DNA from: Paraphysomonas bandaiensis
Lineage: Eukaryota > Protista > Chrysophyceae
Length of the DNA stretch: 64,000 bases
Assembly: GCA_965644295.1 (NCBI GenBank)
Contig: CBFFRP010000324.1
Span: forward strand, 186,001-250,000
Direction of reading: 5' to 3'
Shown here: positions 61,101 through 64,000 of the stretch, piece after piece
Layout of the letters: each line of letters begins with the position of its first letter
Numbering within the stretch: position 1 is the first letter of the stretch
Made by a program: the position numbers and the translations under genes
Notes under the pieces: generated by a model
Told to the model about the DNA's origin: nothing
Seen by the model: the letters and a program-made list of their open reading frames with translations, nothing else
The model's database searches: none

Positions 61101-64000
61101 ATAAAAAATCTGCTGTATTTCATCGGATAGAGATTTCTGGCGATTGACTTGGCTCCTCCGCTTAGCTCTTTGCTGTGCCACATTATTGTCGACATTAGTA
61201 TTCACTTCATCCATTGCAAAATCGCTGTGAACTCCACATAAACAAGCGATGGTATCCGATAATGACTCGATGCACTGAGACCCAAGAAAATCCCGCTTCT
61301 TTTCCAAAAGTTCACGAATAGAACAGCCAAATCTGTATATAATAGCATTGATATCAGATTCCGTTCGTTGCGTGCCCTCAAATGATAATTCGCTTTCATA
61401 CGCCGTCGCATCATAAAATGCAGCAAAATCGAATTCATTGAAAAACTTAATCGCAACCTTGGTGCATATGTGCATCCAATCCGTGTTTTGCTGTCTAAAG
61501 TTTGATACAGGACTGCTTTTGCGGAGCCAAAGTGGAAGTTGCGCTTGTGCTTGCTCAAAGAATAGAGTGGCCTCCTCAATAAATCGCCACATTAACTCAG
61601 AAGCTTCGATTAATTCAGGCTTTGAATCAAGTGCTTCTGAAAGAACAAGACCGAGAGCTTTCTTCACGCAAAATATAGTTCCAGGATCTAATATTGCAGC
61701 TACTACGTCGTCCAAAGGGTATACAGCCTGCAATTTCGGTCCCAACTTACAGCCAGCAAGTAGAGTGATAAGATTGACATGATATCGTAGCTCTGGTGAC
61801 AACTCGTCCTCATTCGGGCACTTCTCAGCATTCAAATAAGGTGCCATCGCAGCAGCACGTTCTCTGTACTCATTTGACTCAGGTGAACAACACCATAATA
61901 AAATATGGGGAGCCCTATCAGCATTTGTTAAGTGTTTGGCAATCTCACTTCGAACCGCTGCTATGCCGCTGTCACTGGTATCTGCCAGATCAGTCATGCC
62001 AACAAACAGATCCAAGTACTCGGGCTTGCGTCCATTGGTTACTATCTTTTGCATAAACTCCGCCAAGTACCTCCTTTGGCATTGCTTTATCAGAAACCTA
62101 TTTCCAGAGAGTATAGAGCGAACAACATTCGAACTACGGACATCATCATCAACTCTATCCAAGAACCAAGTTAGATACGTGAAAACAATTTCTTGGTTCG
62201 TCTCATTGTTTCTGACGAAGTTACTTAGTAAATCATTACATGCGCGAATGATTTTCTTAATAACAACATGAGGTTCCCCCAAACTCGCATCAAGCAGAGC
62301 CACCTGAACGGCCATAATGTTGTCAATTGCACCCATGTTCGCCAATATTTTCTGAACTTCTGGGTCCTCTGTGTGCGGTGGTTCAAATTCAATTATTTTG
62401 GTAGGCGCATTAACCTTTAGAAGGTCTGTCAATTCTACCATTATGTCATGAAGCTGATCCGCAACCCTGTTATCTTCAGCAGTCTTCAATTCCCCCCATA
62501 TTTCAAAGTTCTCAGCAAACTTTTTCATCAATTTCAACTGCGACGATATGGAAAGGAACTTATCCTCAACTTTCGGATTTGATATTATTTGAATGTTTTC
62601 CATTGCTTCACGTAAGCGTTGCTTTTCACTTTTATGTATCATAAGCAAATATAACGCCTCCTGTACTAAATTGGGATCCGAATACATAACAATATCCAAT
62701 AGCGCATCATCGAACTTTGCAGGAATAAAGGCTGCACAGCTGTCGTCTGCATCCATGGTTCTCATGTAGATATCAACAGCATCACGACTTTTCCCATCAC
62801 TTTCGGCATTATACCATTGCACGAACGCGTGAAATGATGACGACAGTTTTCTATCTTGAATTCTGTCGTGAACAATAGACAAAACACGCAAAATTCCGGC
62901 AATAGTTCTGACTTCGCTCTCCGTTGTCGTTTTGTATCGTGCTGGCATTGTCCACGGTTTAACTACCTGTGCACCCTCAGCTATCTTTTTCAGCAACCTG
63001 GCTGCTCGAATCACTCTTATCAGTCTAAGTATACGAACCGTTTTTAGCGTTTTGGCAAAATTTGCAGCTCTTCCCAAGCCGGGAGAATCTATAGAAAGAA
63101 GAACGATATCCAAAGTGACGACGGCGATATCAATAAGATTAAATGGTGACTGGCAAAACGTGTGGACGTTTTCATACACAGCAGCGTAGCAGTACATTCG
63201 AATCGTCAATTCCAATATGAAAACAATGGAAACAGATAAATCAAAGGCATACAACCCAGCAAACGTTTCGGAGGGGTAAAACACTTGGACAGCAGAGAAA
63301 ACAGTCGTTACAACAACCAATGTGAGCACAAATGTCAAAAATTTCATCGACTCGAACACTCGCAAAAGCTTCAATTCGAATTTGTCACTGAGTTCAACTC
63401 CACCTCCTTCGTCCTTAAATCGCATGGATTTATGACTTTTTCCACGAGACAGGTTATTCGACGAAAGAGTCAGCTTCTTCGATCTCGCTCTATGTATCGC
63501 ATCACTCTTCTCCGACGGCATCACTTTTCGAGAGGCACGAAACGACTTTCCCACTGACGATAGCGATGACATGACTTGTCCTTTCACACTAGCACTTTTA
63601 CTAGCACGCGCCTTCGCAGCAGCTGCAGCAACGACGGATTCCAACGTCATGTACTCATCATTATCTTCATCATCCTCATCATCACTTGCAGCAACATCCT
63701 CCACTACAGTAGAGTACAGACGATGGTCATCAAGAGCATCCACGAGTGGGTTTATTATGTCTTGGAGTTGTTCAGGTGTACTGTAGTAGCCAAACCGAAC
63801 CAAATCAAGTAGTAGATCCATCATTTCTGCGGACAACTCATCGCACTTAGTTGTATCAAAGCTACTATGCAAGTAATCAGATATAATTTGTTGTAGCAAT
63901 CCGAAGCAGTACGGGCTACCCGAATGGTATTTATTAAAACTGCTGTGATGGCCTCCCTCTAAATCTGACGAAGTCTTAATAAGACGAGGAAATCTGGCCT
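58191..64000 (-). CDS. IP3-receptor/RyR-family channel with an inserted voltage-sensor domain; 5' end lies beyond the window
   Basis: Frame is open to base 64000. IP3R-like motifs LVRFGYY, FVRNNETNQ and LRAMCDGN...LREQ, six C-terminal TMs, NIFFGIIINTFGELR, zinc finger CFICG...H....HNMWNYLYF, and an additional S1-S4 bundle at about 62980-63360. Confidence 0.92.
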   Translation of the reverse strand, partial: ARFPRLIKTSSDLEGGHHSSFNKYHSGSPYCFGLLQQIISDYLHSSFDTTKCDELSAEMMDLLLDLVRFGYYSTPEQLQDIINPLVDALDDHRLYSTVVEDVAASDDEDDEDNDEYMTLESVVAAAAAKARASKSASVKGQVMSSLSSVGKSFRASRKVMPSEKSDAIHRARSKKLTLSSNNLSRGKSHKSMRFKDEGGGVELSDKFELKLLRVFESMKFLTFVLTLVVVTTVFSAVQVFYPSETFAGLYAFDLSVSIVFILELTIRMYCYAAVYENVHTFCQSPFNLIDIAVVTLDIVLLSIDSPGLGRAANFAKTLKTVRILRLIRVIRAARLLKKIAEGAQVVKPWTMPARYKTTTESEVRTIAGILRVLSIVHDRIQDRKLSSSFHAFVQWYNAESDGKSRDAVDIYMRTMDADDSCAAFIPAKFDDALLDIVMYSDPNLVQEALYLLMIHKSEKQRLREAMENIQIISNPKVEDKFLSISSQLKLMKKFAENFEIWGELKTAEDNRVADQLHDIMVELTDLLKVNAPTKIIEFEPPHTEDPEVQKILANMGAIDNIMAVQVALLDASLGEPHVVIKKIIRACNDLLSNFVRNNETNQEIVFTYLTWFLDRVDDDVRSSNVVRSILSGNRFLIKQCQRRYLAEFMQKIVTNGRKPEYLDLFVGMTDLADTSDSGIAAVRSEIAKHLTNADRAPHILLWCCSPESNEYRERAAAMAPYLNAEKCPNEDELSPELRYHVNLITLLAGCKLGPKLQAVYPLDDVVAAILDPGTIFCVKKALGLVLSEALDSKPELIEASELMWRFIEEATLFFEQAQAQLPLWLRKSSPVSNFRQQNTDWMHICTKVAIKFFNEFDFAAFYDATAYESELSFEGTQRTESDINAIIYRFGCSIRELLEKKRDFLGSQCIESLSDTIACLCGVHSDFAMDEVNTNVDNNVAQQRAKRRSQVNRQKSLSDEIQQIFYRRQFQAFLEKIKVPDEYLQEASIQTFTRIPMIAEQSVSDIRLEPFILKLTNYMRTQVEKTSTTCSLQKNVATSAMWFVRTLRYILEKQIGYKIEEISDPLQGVEVSDTSWFHDVFDNCGVTFMCLDLIAIGIDVKLSIEAAKLLTVILVRRGGNINVQKTINTYLSEKDSTLFFEQTKEIIEMQKRYAELEGASENSDFSSPLPDCMVMLTLLRAMCDGNFMSNKDILREQEGNTRFVNILDILANFIDVLSRLEGHTCTKVAIRVIHTILGILHGPSKGCQEHFVLHTDMLVAMNRLMRSARPSYNYTVEWGSDSETLKEFVIDVLRASIEGLPSDSVVLERVQTAIEVNVLNVLIVPSITDEFGLTTDVEKLTRLQAKYLVFLKSLNDKNVEMPSNAQKCIDSDISSVEVVWDQHLHRHYFHIPELAKDLSESSKGKIIEHMNCVSQELKLKDFMKHAEGLHREAVHQQTLKSYGVGNVWHFIGTLSRIMFANVIAMNILLTVYYVEERSTGNIRLPDEIRRVLYGLNIVHVVFSAVIFLVSLVVRVPVSFNTNISSGHSMLMSFACAITDILPLWYFCYLGVTVLALWKHYLFLSVLLLDYIVLDSTSRDVLYAVVIPARQLFSTFIIMVIALYITAAVIFLFFRTDYYQFAEENTSMYHSVLLAFNYGIRATEGLGQYMVDTTSNRMILDVGIYFIIVVILRNIFFGIIINTFGELRNIKEEREEHISNRCFICGIDRHEFDKRKTRETVDFYSHRTVTHNMWNYLYFVMRIWQQPRSQDTSLEMYVRQCMENGDVSWIPIGLLGLQEKVESEHALETDVSGDLIIRRSSEDTASHGGHSEHRSTVIEKRLSLIQDTLSVLDSNQKVAPHRKGTISRQVSVSTDTVDATVEEGVEEVIRGKVSSLQNTLQSLRESLRSANGKLDSIQKQRPAGRLLRVPRMGAANSDGSGSRGPPTEILAPRVEP

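Noticed and set aside
63897-63899. ORF-track start of the 1902-aa channel
   Set aside because: It is a TTG inside a frame that stays open to the window edge; the true start is upstream.
24656-64000. A calcium-signalling gene cluster (Flower-like, EF-hand/UEV, IP3R-like)
   Set aside because: The genes are 11-20 kb apart and interspersed with unrelated housekeeping genes; no evidence of functional clustering.

Overview
Gene-dense eukaryotic nuclear DNA with very short (about 43-70 nt) spliceosomal introns and AT-rich, transposon-littered intergenic spacers. Gene content and style suggest a stramenopile, possibly chrysophyte-like (inference only). Recognisable genes: DCC1, a peptidyl-serine galactosyltransferase/HPAT-like glycosyltransferase, an RCC1+BTB protein, an RRM protein, a TVP18/Flower-like protein, an insulysin-type M16A peptidase, a CCT-motif protein, an EF-hand/UBC-fold fusion, L2HGDH, a type I surface protein, GCSH, MRT4, ERCC6/CSB, and a 5'-truncated IP3-receptor-family channel. 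The standout is that channel (58191-64000, minus strand). It carries a complete extra S1-S4 voltage-sensor domain inserted in-frame in its cytosolic solenoid, together with an altered selectivity filter and a degenerate Ca2+-activation motif, so it is a candidate voltage-coupled IP3R/RyR-type channel. Other highlights: a catalytically dead E2 fold fused to EF-hands; a Mutator-like element (9-bp TSD) nested in a 51-bp hAT-like miniature element (8-bp TSD); a fold-back element next to the ERCC6 start; and an unclassified dispersed repeat found in tail-out inverted pairs. No rRNA, tRNA or CRISPR array was seen. All assignments are by eye from motifs; no searches were run.
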